From: Candidatus Limnocylindrus sp.
Lineage (GTDB): Bacteria; Chloroflexota; Limnocylindria; Limnocylindrales; Limnocylindraceae
Assembly: GCA_040397255.1 (NCBI GenBank)
Contig: JBBAWJ010000001.1
Span: 1-51,849 of the forward strand
DNA: 51,849 nt
Reading direction: 5' to 3'
Positions 32,391-41,078 of the stretch are shown here, in pieces. Position 1 is the stretch's first letter, and every line of letters begins with the position of its first letter. Position numbers and translations under genes: made by a program. The notes under the pieces were generated by a model. It ran no database searches. It was not told where the DNA came from and saw only the letters and a program-made list of their open reading frames with translations.

Positions 32391-34178
32391 GTGCCAGCGC
32401 GGGCCTGGCGCCTGGAGCCGGTCGCAATCCTTCATCCTGCCGCCGACGGTGAGCTGCAGGCGAGCCCAGAGCTCTTGCAACTCTTCGCAGACCTGCTGAT
32501 CCCCAAGAACCTGCATCTTTCGCTCGCGACACTCCTGCATAGTCGCGGCTTGGCCGATCCGAACCGCGCGCGCCAATTCCTCGACCGCAACGATCGCACC
32601 CTGCACGATCCGCACCTCCTCCCTGATGCGACCGGCCTCATCGCGCGCCTCCGTGCCGCCGGCGCAGAGGGGGAGCCCGTTCTTGTAGTTGGCGACTTTG
32701 ATGCTGACGGAATCACTGGGGCGGCGATCATAATTCGAGCACTTCGCGCTATTGGTGCAATCGCCGAGGGCTACATCCCGCAACGTGACGGCGATGGCCA
32801 CGGCATCCCTGAGGGGGCGATCGCCGCCGCACTCGAAGATGGCGTTGAGCTGATCCTTGCAGTCGACTGCGGAACCGCCGATCTTGCACGCGTGGCCGAG
32901 GCGTTGGAGGCAGGGATTCTCGTTGGCATCATCGATCACCACGCTGTGCCGCCTGAGCCGGCGCAGGCGGCCTGGTTGGTGAATCCAAATCGACCTGATT
33001 CAATCTATCCGTTCCCACATTTGGCCGGGAGTGGGCTCGCCTTCAAGATTGCTCAAGGAGTACTTGCCGATCACCCACAACGCCGTGAGCTCTTGGCAGA
33101 GCTCTCCGTGCTCGCCATGGTTGGCGGCATCGCGGACATGGTCCCGTTGGCCAATGAGTTCAGAGTTATTGTGCGTTCCGCGTTGAAGGTGATGAATGGT
33201 GCTGGCACGATGCCTGTCGGGATCGCAGCGCTCCTTCGTGCGGCCGGCGCAGAGCCACCCTATCGCGCAGAGGTTTCCGGCTTTACGATTTCGCCACGCA
33301 TCAATGCCGCCGGGCGCATCGGCGACGCCGCTCCAGCTCTGGCGCTACTCACGACTGATGATCCCGCCGAGGCTGCTGAACTAGCGGCGCTCCTAGAAGG
33401 GATTAACCTCGAACGAAAAGAGTTGACGAAGGTTGCGATTGACGAGGCGCGAGCACTCCTCGGACTCGCACCGGGATCGGAACGCGATGAGGCTCGTGCC
33501 TTTCTCGGAGATGGGCTCGTCGCGGTGCGTGGCCCATGGTCGGTTGGGCTTATCGGTTTGATCGCTGGTCGTCTCAGCGAAGAGACGGGGCGGCCGGCAC
33601 TTGTGGCGCACGATGATGGGAGTGGGGCACCGCTGCGTGCCTCGGTGCGCGCGCCGAAGGGCTTCGCTGTTTCCGCGGCACTGCAAGAGGCGAGCGACGC
33701 CCTGATTCGCCACGGTGGACACGATGGTGCCGGCGGCTGTTCGTTTGTGCCCGACGTATGGGGGAGCCTGCTCCCTCGGCTCAGTGCCACCTGCGCAGGG
33801 CAGGCGCAGGCGCGCACGCCAGAGCTGGCCGTTGACCTCGCGGCGCCCATCGGCAGTCGCACCCCAATCGACCTTGCCGCGCTCGCGGATCACCTCGCGC
33901 CAACAGGGATGGGGAACCCGGAGCCCACCTTCCTCCTGCGTGACATTCCACTCACCGCGGTGCGCCTGGTGGGGGATGGCCGCCACGCACGGCTGACGCT
34001 CTCGCTGGACGGCCTTGCAGTCGAGGCGATGGCATTCGGTCGGCCTGATGCCGACCAGCTTGCGGGGAGCTCTATCGATCTTGTCGTACGAACAGCCCAA
34101 CGGACCTATCGTGGTTCGGCACGGATTGAGGTGCACGTTGTAGATTTTCGGCCCGCCGTGCTGGGGGAGAGCGCATGA
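32391..34178 (+). CDS. recJ: single-stranded-DNA-specific exonuclease RecJ
   Basis: 595 aa with DHH family motifs VVGDFDADGITG, AVDCGT and IIDHH, and DHHA1 GGHDGAGG. The GTG start is 1 nt after the secF stop. Confidence 0.9.
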   Translation: MPARAWRLEPVAILHPAADGELQASPELLQLFADLLIPKNLHLSLATLLHSRGLADPNRARQFLDRNDRTLHDPHLLPDATGLIARLRAAGAEGEPVLVVGDFDADGITGAAIIIRALRAIGAIAEGYIPQRDGDGHGIPEGAIAAALEDGVELILAVDCGTADLARVAEALEAGILVGIIDHHAVPPEPAQAAWLVNPNRPDSIYPFPHLAGSGLAFKIAQGVLADHPQRRELLAELSVLAMVGGIADMVPLANEFRVIVRSALKVMNGAGTMPVGIAALLRAAGAEPPYRAEVSGFTISPRINAAGRIGDAAPALALLTTDDPAEAAELAALLEGINLERKELTKVAIDEARALLGLAPGSERDEARAFLGDGLVAVRGPWSVGLIGLIAGRLSEETGRPALVAHDDGSGAPLRASVRAPKGFAVSAALQEASDALIRHGGHDGAGGCSFVPDVWGSLLPRLSATCAGQAQARTPELAVDLAAPIGSRTPIDLAALADHLAPTGMGNPEPTFLLRDIPLTAVRLVGDGRHARLTLSLDGLAVEAMAFGRPDADQLAGSSIDLVVRTAQRTYRGSARIEVHVVDFRPAVLGESA

Positions 34179-35383
34179 GTGAGAAACGATCGCTTCGACC
34201 ACTGCCACGCACAGGCCGAGCTGCACCACAGCCATTCCATGGCGCAAAGCCTCCAACGAATCGCGACCTGATGAGCAGAGATGGTGCCCAGCGTCGATCG
34301 TTCAGCCCAGCCCCGATCATTGCGGCCCTCCTGCTCGTGCTGCTCGCAGCGGGGAGCCTCGTCGGCCTATCGCTGAGTACCCCCGCCCCCTCAGGTAACC
34401 CCAATAGCGGGCCTGAGGTGACAGAGGGCGTCACGGTTGTCGGAACGATTGCCTTCGGACGTGGCGGCTCGATCTGGAGCGTGAGCGGAGCTGGACTACG
34501 TCAGCTGACCACCGCGACCACCGATTCCGACCTCGCCTGGAGCACCGACGGCGTCTGGCTCTATGCCGTCCGACACCGCACAGAGACTGGCGGCCGCCTT
34601 CTCGGGAGCGGCAGCGTGCAGAAATATGAGATGAGCGTTCCCACCCTTCTCCGCCTCTCGGCATATGGCGGCGGTGAAGAGGTGATCTTTGATGGTCTGA
34701 TCCTCGGATCGCGACCTGCGCTCAACTGGTCCGGTTTCATGTACGGTCCAGCCCTTGCCAGTGATGGTCGCATCGCCGTCGCAACGGATTACCGTGGCCG
34801 CGACATCGGCACCGATGTGGTCGTTCGCATCCTGAGCGGTGATGGCTCCGCCATCTCAACCCCGCCACTTCCGCACATCGCACCGTTCGGTCACCAGGAC
34901 CCCGTCTGGAGTCCCGATGGCAGCGCCATCTACTACGTGCAGAACGGTCTCTCGGAAGGCACCTCGTCGTCGCGAATTATTCGCTACAACATCGCCAAGA
35001 AGAGCACGACACGAGTCGGTGAGAAGGGGCTGGTGCAGCCAGCGATCAGTCCCGATGGCCGATGGATCGCTGTAACGCGCATTTCTGCACGTGGCACGGA
35101 TGTGGTGATCATGAACGCAGCCACTGGTGAGGTCGTGCTTGAGATCACGCGCACCGGTAAGTCGTGGGCCCCAGCCTGGTCACCGGACGGCGCGCAACTC
35201 GCCTACCTCTCTGCAAACGGGAGCCTAGCGAGTCTCAATCTCGCCTCATTTAGCGTTGCGCCATCTGGCATCCCAAATCCGCCAGTGATCCTGAGCCCCC
35301 TCCGCGACCCAGTTGATCCAAATGTGCGGCCGGCGTGGGGGAGCTTGAATACGGCGCCAGTGACGGTGAGCCCAGCGCCATGA
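34175..35383 (+). CDS. TolB-like/PD40 beta-propeller protein with N-terminal membrane anchor
   Basis: 402 aa with TM segment IIAALLLVLLAAGSLVGLSL and repeated PD40-type motifs (WSPDGSAIYYV; SPDGRWIAVTR; WSPDGAQLAYLS). ATGA overlap with the recJ stop. Confidence 0.65.
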   Translation: MSEKRSLRPLPRTGRAAPQPFHGAKPPTNRDLMSRDGAQRRSFSPAPIIAALLLVLLAAGSLVGLSLSTPAPSGNPNSGPEVTEGVTVVGTIAFGRGGSIWSVSGAGLRQLTTATTDSDLAWSTDGVWLYAVRHRTETGGRLLGSGSVQKYEMSVPTLLRLSAYGGGEEVIFDGLILGSRPALNWSGFMYGPALASDGRIAVATDYRGRDIGTDVVVRILSGDGSAISTPPLPHIAPFGHQDPVWSPDGSAIYYVQNGLSEGTSSSRIIRYNIAKKSTTRVGEKGLVQPAISPDGRWIAVTRISARGTDVVIMNAATGEVVLEITRTGKSWAPAWSPDGAQLAYLSANGSLASLNLASFSVAPSGIPNPPVILSPLRDPVDPNVRPAWGSLNTAPVTVSPAP

Positions 35384-36240
35384 GTAAATATCTGGACCTA
35401 CTCGGCGCATCCACCGCTCGAGTGGGCTCGCTCCTCTGTGTCGGCATTGATCCGGTCCCCTCAGCACTCCCCGTGACATTTCGCGAATCGCATGCCGGTA
35501 TCGAGCGGTGGATTGACACGCTCATTGCTGCGACCGCCCCACATGCCGCCGCATTCAAGATGAACCTTGCCTATTTTGAGGCGCTCGGCAGCGAGGGGAT
35601 GCGACTGGCCGAGCACGTGCGTCGGCAGATTCCAGCGGAGATTCCGCTCATCGTCGATGCAAAGCGTGGTGACATTGGGGCGACGGTAACCGCCCAAGGT
35701 GTTGCCCTCTTCGACGTGCTCGGCGCTGATGCTGTGACGGCGAATCCGTATCTCGGCATCGGTGCCTTGGCCCCCTTTCTCAACCGCACAGACAAGTTCA
35801 CCTACCTCCTCTGTCGCACATCAAATCCCGAATCGGGTGAGCTGCAGAACCTTCGGGTTGGTGCCAGCGCGGAGGAGCCAGAGGAGACGCTTGCTGAGCG
35901 AGTCGCGCGACTCGCGGGGCGTCGTGCAGAGGGGCTGGCTGGACGCATCGGCCTAGTCGTCGGTGCTACCGATGCCGCGGCGCTCCGCCAGGTCCGAGCG
36001 GCGGCCCCCGGTCTCCCCTTTCTCGTCCCTGGGGTAGGGGCGCAGGGGGGTGCGGCTAGTGCAGTGACCGCCGATGGCGGCGCTACGGCCGCCCCTGGGA
36101 GCCGGGTGGTCGGGAGGGGGCTGCTCGTGAATGTGGGGCGCGGGATCAGCGACGCTGGAGCGGCCGACGAACGGGTGGCAGAGGCGCTGGGCGCCGCAGC
36201 GGCGGAGTGGGGGCGTCGCCTCGCTATACTCGCCCCCTAA
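35380..36240 (+). CDS. pyrF: orotidine 5'-phosphate decarboxylase (type 2)
   Basis: MSKYLDLL...LCVGIDP and DAKRGDIGAT motifs. The internal ATG at 35380 overlaps the upstream stop (ATGA) and is preferred over the track start at 35335. Confidence 0.85.
   Translation: MSKYLDLLGASTARVGSLLCVGIDPVPSALPVTFRESHAGIERWIDTLIAATAPHAAAFKMNLAYFEALGSEGMRLAEHVRRQIPAEIPLIVDAKRGDIGATVTAQGVALFDVLGADAVTANPYLGIGALAPFLNRTDKFTYLLCRTSNPESGELQNLRVGASAEEPEETLAERVARLAGRRAEGLAGRIGLVVGATDAAALRQVRAAAPGLPFLVPGVGAQGGAASAVTADGGATAAPGSRVVGRGLLVNVGRGISDAGAADERVAEALGAAAAEWGRRLAILAP
36225..36230 (+). promoter_or_regulatory. candidate -10 box TATACT upstream of tatA (inside the pyrF 3' end)
   Basis: Near-consensus hexamer about 40 nt upstream of the tatA ATG, which carries its own GAGGAGG SD. 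No convincing -35. Confidence 0.25.
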
Positions 36241-36270
36241 GGGCGCCAGCCCACTACGAGGAGGTTTCAT

Positions 36271-36486
36271 ATGCCAAACGTCGGATTCCCAGAACTGATC
36301 CTGATCCTCGCCGTCGTGCTCTTGGTCTTCGGGCCAGGGAAACTCCCAGAGATTGGGAAGGCCGTGGGTAACTCCTTCCGCGAATTCAAGGACGCAACGT
36401 CCGGAACCTCCTCGGCGCCAGCCAAGCCACGTGCCAAGAAGGCGACAAAGCGCGTCGTAGCGTCACGCTCCAAGCGAAAGGCGTAA
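36271..36486 (+). CDS. tatA: twin-arginine translocase subunit TatA/E
   Basis: 71 aa with [44 protein letters not shown] lies upstream. Confidence 0.88.
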   Translation: MPNVGFPELILILAVVLLVFGPGKLPEIGKAVGNSFREFKDATSGTSSAPAKPRAKKATKRVVASRSKRKA

Positions 36487-36504
36487 CGTCGGTTCGAGCC
36501 GATC

Positions 36505-37221
36505 ATGCCCCGCTCCCGTGAGTTAAGCGACGCACCTGCGCCGCTCCTCGACCATCTCAAGGAGCTCCGTCGCCGTGTCGGCATCGCCCTTGTCGCCGTT
36601 GTCGTCGGTGCAATCTTCACCTTCGCCTGGTGCGATGCCCTCATTGCACTCCTGCGCACACCACTCGGCGGCACCCCTCTCTACTTCGTCGGCATCGGCG
36701 ACGCGTTCGGGATTCGCATGCAACTCAGCCTCATCGGGGGCATGGCGCTGGCGATGCCGATCTGGCTCTGGCAGGCATGGGCGTTTATTCGGCCAGGCCT
36801 TACAGACTCGGAGCGTCGTGCGGCGCGGCCCTGGATTCCGCTCGCGCTGCTCCTCTTTGTCGTTGGCGTTGCAGTTGCCTGGGTTGTCTTGCCGTTTGCG
36901 GTGAGCTTCCTCCTCTCCTTTGCTACCGACGATCTCACTCCACTGATTGCCGCTGATCGCTACTTCGGATTTGTCGGCTCACTCATGCTCGTGTTCGGGC
37001 TAGCGACGGAGTATCCGATCCTTCTCGTCTTCCTCTCGCGCGTTGGGGTCGTTACGTCAGCCAAGCTCCGGCGCTGGCGAAGAAACGCGCTGGTCCTCGC
37101 CGTTATTGTCGGCGCGTTTGCCACGCCGGGAACAGATCTGATCAGCCCGATCGTACTTGGGGTGGTTCTCTACCTCCTCTACCAGCTCTCAATCTGGCTC
37201 GTTCGGGCAGGGGGGCGCTAG
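36505..37221 (+). CDS. tatC: twin-arginine translocase subunit TatC
   Basis: 238 aa with LLDHLKELRRR, QAWAFIRPGLTDSERR and six predicted TM helices. Confidence 0.88.
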   Translation: MPRSRELSDAPAPLLDHLKELRRRVGIALVAVVVGAIFTFAWCDALIALLRTPLGGTPLYFVGIGDAFGIRMQLSLIGGMALAMPIWLWQAWAFIRPGLTDSERRAARPWIPLALLLFVVGVAVAWVVLPFAVSFLLSFATDDLTPLIAADRYFGFVGSLMLVFGLATEYPILLVFLSRVGVVTSAKLRRWRRNALVLAVIVGAFATPGTDLISPIVLGVVLYLLYQLSIWLVRAGGR

Positions 37222-38111
37222 TGGTGACCGCTGCCGTGCCGCACAAGATCGTGTTGCTTACGGGGCTGTCGGGTGCGGGGAAGAGCACCGCAACGAAGTC
37301 TCTAGAAGATGTCGGATTCCGCACGATTGACAATATGCCGAATGATTTAATCCCCGCGCTTCTTGAGAAGATTCGACTCCAGCCCGAGCGGTTCGCGCGC
37401 CTCTGCCTCGTGATTGATGCCCGTGATGGTGATCCGCGTTCCACTATTGATGCGGTCCGAAGTGCGAGCGCAGCAATTGGACTCGAGAGTCGTGTGATCT
37501 ACCTTGATTCACGCGACGATGTGCTCATTCGTCGATTTAGTGAGACGCGGCACCGCCATCCACTCGGTGGGCCAATTGATGCGCCGAGTGACGTTGCTGG
37601 GGCCATCCGAGCGGAGAGGGACCTGCTCAGCGCTTCACGCGAGATTTCCGATGCCGTGATTGATACGAGCGACCTCTCGGCCCGCGAGTTGCGCGATCGG
37701 CTGGTACAAGAGGCCTTAGGTGGCGACGCCTCGATCTCTATTCACCTCACCAGTTTCGGCTACAAGCACGGGATCCCTCTTGATTCAGATCTGCTCTTCG
37801 ACGTGCGATCGGCGGCGAATCCGCACTGGGTCCCAGAGTTGCGGCCGAAGGATGGTCGTGACGGCGAGGTCGCCGCGTACGTGCTGAACGATCCGGTCGG
37901 GGCTTCAATTGAGGCGGCAATCGCGGCGTTCGCCGTTGCCACCCTCAAGACCTACCTTGGCGATGGTCGTGGTCGTCTGAGCATCGCGATCGGCTGCACG
38001 GGCGGCCGCCACCGTTCAGTGGCGATCAGCGAGTCGTTGGCTACGAAACTGCGGGCGCAGGCTGGAGCGCACACGGTCCATGTTCACCACCGCGATGTGG
38101 AGCGCACCTAA
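37221..38111 (+). CDS. rapZ: RNase adapter / nucleotide-binding protein RapZ (YvcJ)
   Basis: 296 aa with P-loop VLLTGLSGAGKSTA and C-terminal GCTGGRHRSV. The GTG start abuts the tatC stop. Confidence 0.9.
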   Translation: MVTAAVPHKIVLLTGLSGAGKSTATKSLEDVGFRTIDNMPNDLIPALLEKIRLQPERFARLCLVIDARDGDPRSTIDAVRSASAAIGLESRVIYLDSRDDVLIRRFSETRHRHPLGGPIDAPSDVAGAIRAERDLLSASREISDAVIDTSDLSARELRDRLVQEALGGDASISIHLTSFGYKHGIPLDSDLLFDVRSAANPHWVPELRPKDGRDGEVAAYVLNDPVGASIEAAIAAFAVATLKTYLGDGRGRLSIAIGCTGGRHRSVAISESLATKLRAQAGAHTVHVHHRDVERT

Positions 38112-38114
38112 GCG

Positions 38115-39413
38115 GTGAGTCAAGTCGGCTGGCTGAAGCCTGGTCTCGGGGTAAAGCGCTGGCTGCTCTTGGCCTTTCTCGGTGCGGGGACGATTGCGCT
38201 CGGTGCCCTGAGCGGGATCCGCGCACTCGCCACAGGGGCGCAGCTACCGGATCCACTCGTCCAAATCGCTGAAGCGGTCGCCCTGCGCGATCTCGATCCG
38301 ATGGTTCGCGCCGCCGTTGCGGCTGGCTTTGGGCTGCTTCTGGTGGGGGTTGGGCTGGGCGGGCTGGCACGGGCGGCGATCCTGCCGTACCGCACAGATC
38401 GACCGGGGGTCTCCCTCCTTGAGCTCCTCGAGCGCCGTCGTCGGCTGGCGCGTGGACGTCGCGTGGTGGTGCTCGGTGGCGGAACGGGGCTGGGGACTGC
38501 TCTTCGTGGCCTGAAGCTTGAGACCGCGCATCTCACCGCGATCGTTTCGATGGGGGATGACGGCGGATCGTCAGGGATGCTGAGGGAGCAACTCGGGATT
38601 CCGCCCGTGGGCGACCTGCGGAACTGCCTCGTCGCCCTCTCGGACTCGGAGTCGACAGCGGCCGATCTTCTGCGCTTTCGACTCCCAGCTGAGCCTGGCG
38701 CAGCACGCGGGCACGCCATTGGCAATCTCTTGCTCGCCGCTGCGATCCATCAAGAGGGGGGAGACCTTGAGCGTGGCGTTGCGCGCGTGCATCGCATTCT
38801 TAATGTTCGGGGAGAGGTGATCCCCGGAACAACTGTTGCGCTGGAGCTAATCGGCACCACGACGGACGGCGCAACCGTGCGCGGCCAGGCCCAACTGGCG
38901 CGCACACGCCACATTGACCGCATGCGCATTACACCTGAAGGGGCGCGAGCAACTCCGTCAGCGATTACTGCGATTCAGCAGGCCGACCTGATCGTGCTCG
39001 GCCCAGGCTCCCTCTACACCAGCGTGATCCCACATCTGCTCGTTCCAGAAATTCTTGCAGCGCTACAGGCACGGCGCGCGCCGCTGGTGTGGGTCGCGAA
39101 CGTTGACGAGCAAGAGGGGGAGACCGAGGGGATGGATCTTGATGCCCATCTTGCAGCACTCGAGGCGCATGGAGCGTCGGGCCTCATTGACGGCATCCTC
39201 GCCACCTCTGCAAGCTCGCGCCGCGCTGGAGCGGTCGGCGGCGTGCCAATCGCGCCAACGCTGCACCACACCACCGATGCGGAGGGTCGTAAGCGTCCAC
39301 CACTCTTCGTTCGCGATATTGCCTCCCGGCGAACGCCGCACCTGCATGAGCCGAACCTCCTCTCTCGCGCGCTCTTACGCCTCCCACTGCGCGAGCCTCG
39401 ACGCACACGATGA
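38115..39413 (+). CDS. yvcK: YvcK/CofD-family gluconeogenesis-factor-like protein with an N-terminal 2-TM extension
   Basis: 432 aa with core motif RRVVVLGGGTGLGT...VSMGDDGGSSG...IVLGPGSLYTSVIP. It is preceded by ~115 aa containing two hydrophobic helices. Confidence 0.85.
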   Translation: MSQVGWLKPGLGVKRWLLLAFLGAGTIALGALSGIRALATGAQLPDPLVQIAEAVALRDLDPMVRAAVAAGFGLLLVGVGLGGLARAAILPYRTDRPGVSLLELLERRRRLARGRRVVVLGGGTGLGTALRGLKLETAHLTAIVSMGDDGGSSGMLREQLGIPPVGDLRNCLVALSDSESTAADLLRFRLPAEPGAARGHAIGNLLLAAAIHQEGGDLERGVARVHRILNVRGEVIPGTTVALELIGTTTDGATVRGQAQLARTRHIDRMRITPEGARATPSAITAIQQADLIVLGPGSLYTSVIPHLLVPEILAALQARRAPLVWVANVDEQEGETEGMDLDAHLAALEAHGASGLIDGILATSASSRRAGAVGGVPIAPTLHHTTDAEGRKRPPLFVRDIASRRTPHLHEPNLLSRALLRLPLREPRRTR

Positions 39414-40249
39414 GTCGGGGAGAGGCGGACCTCGTCGCCTCAATCCGTCATGAGCTCGCGGCAATCCGACCAGCGCGAACCTGCTGCATTCAGGCGGAGC
39501 TCGCCGCACTTGGCGATTCAGGCCGTCGCGTCGATGTCTCCCTGGCACGAGCGGTGCACGAGCTCGGCACGGAGCTCTCTCAGCGCGGAGCGGCGAGGGC
39601 CTGGGTAGGATCGCCACGGAACCAGGCCGAAGGTTGCGCCGCCGACTTGGGCTCTGCACGATCGGCGCAGCACTGTCGACTCGCACTGCTGCGCGGTCGG
39701 CTCCTTGCGAGGGGATCACTCTCACTCGCTTCAGGGAGTGTGCACCTTGAGATCAACGTCTCTGCTGCAGAGGCGACGCATCTGGCTCGACTGACAGAGC
39801 TAGATCAGCTTGGCGGACATCGCCGCGAGCGACGTGGCAAGGGACTGCTCGTATGGAAGGGCCGCGATGTGCTCATTGATCTGTTGCGGCGGCTCGGTGC
39901 AACTGCCGCAGTGGCCGAGATGGAGGCCCGTGGCATCGGCCGAGAGGTTCGTGGAAGCTTGAATCGCAGCGTGAATGCTGAGACCGCAAACCTCACGCGT
40001 GCGGTGCATGCTGGGATACGGCAGGCGCGAGCCTGTACCGTGGCGTTAGAGGAGGAGCTTCTGCAGGCTGACGGTCTGCACGCACGTGTCGCCCGCGCTC
40101 GATCGGCAGCCCCCGACGCAACCCTTGCCGAGCTTGCCGCCGACCTTGATCTAGCGCGTTCCACGGTGCAGCGTGCACTCGCCGAGATTGAGCGTCGTGT
40201 CAGTGCGGCACAGGTAGGCCGCCACTCAGCGGGGCAACCTCTGCGATGA
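39410..40249 (+). CDS. whiA: DNA-binding protein WhiA
   Basis: 279 aa with N-terminus IRHELAAIRPARTCCIQAELAAL, NRSVNAETANLTRAV and a C-terminal HTH. Lies in the conserved rapZ-yvcK-whiA order with an ATGA overlap. Confidence 0.85.
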   Translation: MSRGEADLVASIRHELAAIRPARTCCIQAELAALGDSGRRVDVSLARAVHELGTELSQRGAARAWVGSPRNQAEGCAADLGSARSAQHCRLALLRGRLLARGSLSLASGSVHLEINVSAAEATHLARLTELDQLGGHRRERRGKGLLVWKGRDVLIDLLRRLGATAAVAEMEARGIGREVRGSLNRSVNAETANLTRAVHAGIRQARACTVALEEELLQADGLHARVARARSAAPDATLAELAADLDLARSTVQRALAEIERRVSAAQVGRHSAGQPLR

Positions 40250-40256
40250 TTCACGC

Positions 40257-41078
40257 ATGAGCAGCCGGCAGATCACGATCATTGCGAACTGGAAGGCGAA
40301 CCTTCCGCCGAGCGAAGAGGTCGCGCTCGCCAAGGAGATTGCCGAAGGGGTAGGGGGCGCACTGCAGGCCACGGGGAGCCCCTCGGGCTTGCGAGTACTT
40401 CTTGCACCGAGTGCGCTCGGACTCGTCCCTGTCGCCTCGTTGCTCCGACGGGAGTACCCCCAGGCCGGAATAGAGGTCGCCGCACAGGACTCCTCGCTCA
40501 GCAGCGCCGGGGCATTCACGGGCGAGATCCCCGCAGTTCATCTCGTCGGGATCGCCCCTGCCGTTATCGTCGGCCACTCGGAGCGCCGTCGGGATCACGG
40601 CGAGAGCGACGAGGTCGTTGGTGGGAAGCTCGCACGAGTGGTCGCGGCAGGCCTCACACCTGTGCTCTGCCTCGGCGATGACCTCCCGAAGGCGGAGATC
40701 GCAGCGCGTGTCGACTATGTGCAAGCCCAATGTGCAGCGGCCTTTGCTGCCGCGGAGCGCACCGGGTGCAGCGCCGCGCAACTCTTCGCTGCGGGCCTAG
40801 TCGCTGCCTACGAACCCGTCTGGGCGATTGGCACTGGCAACCCGGCCTCAGTGGAGATTGCTGAAGCGATCGCCAGTGGCCTACGGAGCGCACTACATCG
40901 CGAGGAGCTCCCCGTGCTTTATGGAGGCTCCGTCGACGCCGCTTCAGCGCCAACATGGTTCGGTACACCGACACGGCGCACCGCTCTTGATGGCCTCCTC
41001 GTGGGCGGCGCCTCCCTTCACGCCGATCGCTTCGTTGCCATCGTGCGTGCCGCGCTGGCCGCGACGGAACCTGCGTGA
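40257..41078 (+). CDS. tpiA: triosephosphate isomerase
   Basis: 273 aa with IIANWKAN, VGHSERR and AYEPVWAIGTG. Confidence 0.95.
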   Translation: MSSRQITIIANWKANLPPSEEVALAKEIAEGVGGALQATGSPSGLRVLLAPSALGLVPVASLLRREYPQAGIEVAAQDSSLSSAGAFTGEIPAVHLVGIAPAVIVGHSERRRDHGESDEVVGGKLARVVAAGLTPVLCLGDDLPKAEIAARVDYVQAQCAAAFAAAERTGCSAAQLFAAGLVAAYEPVWAIGTGNPASVEIAEAIASGLRSALHREELPVLYGGSVDAASAPTWFGTPTRRTALDGLLVGGASLHADRFVAIVRAALAATEPA

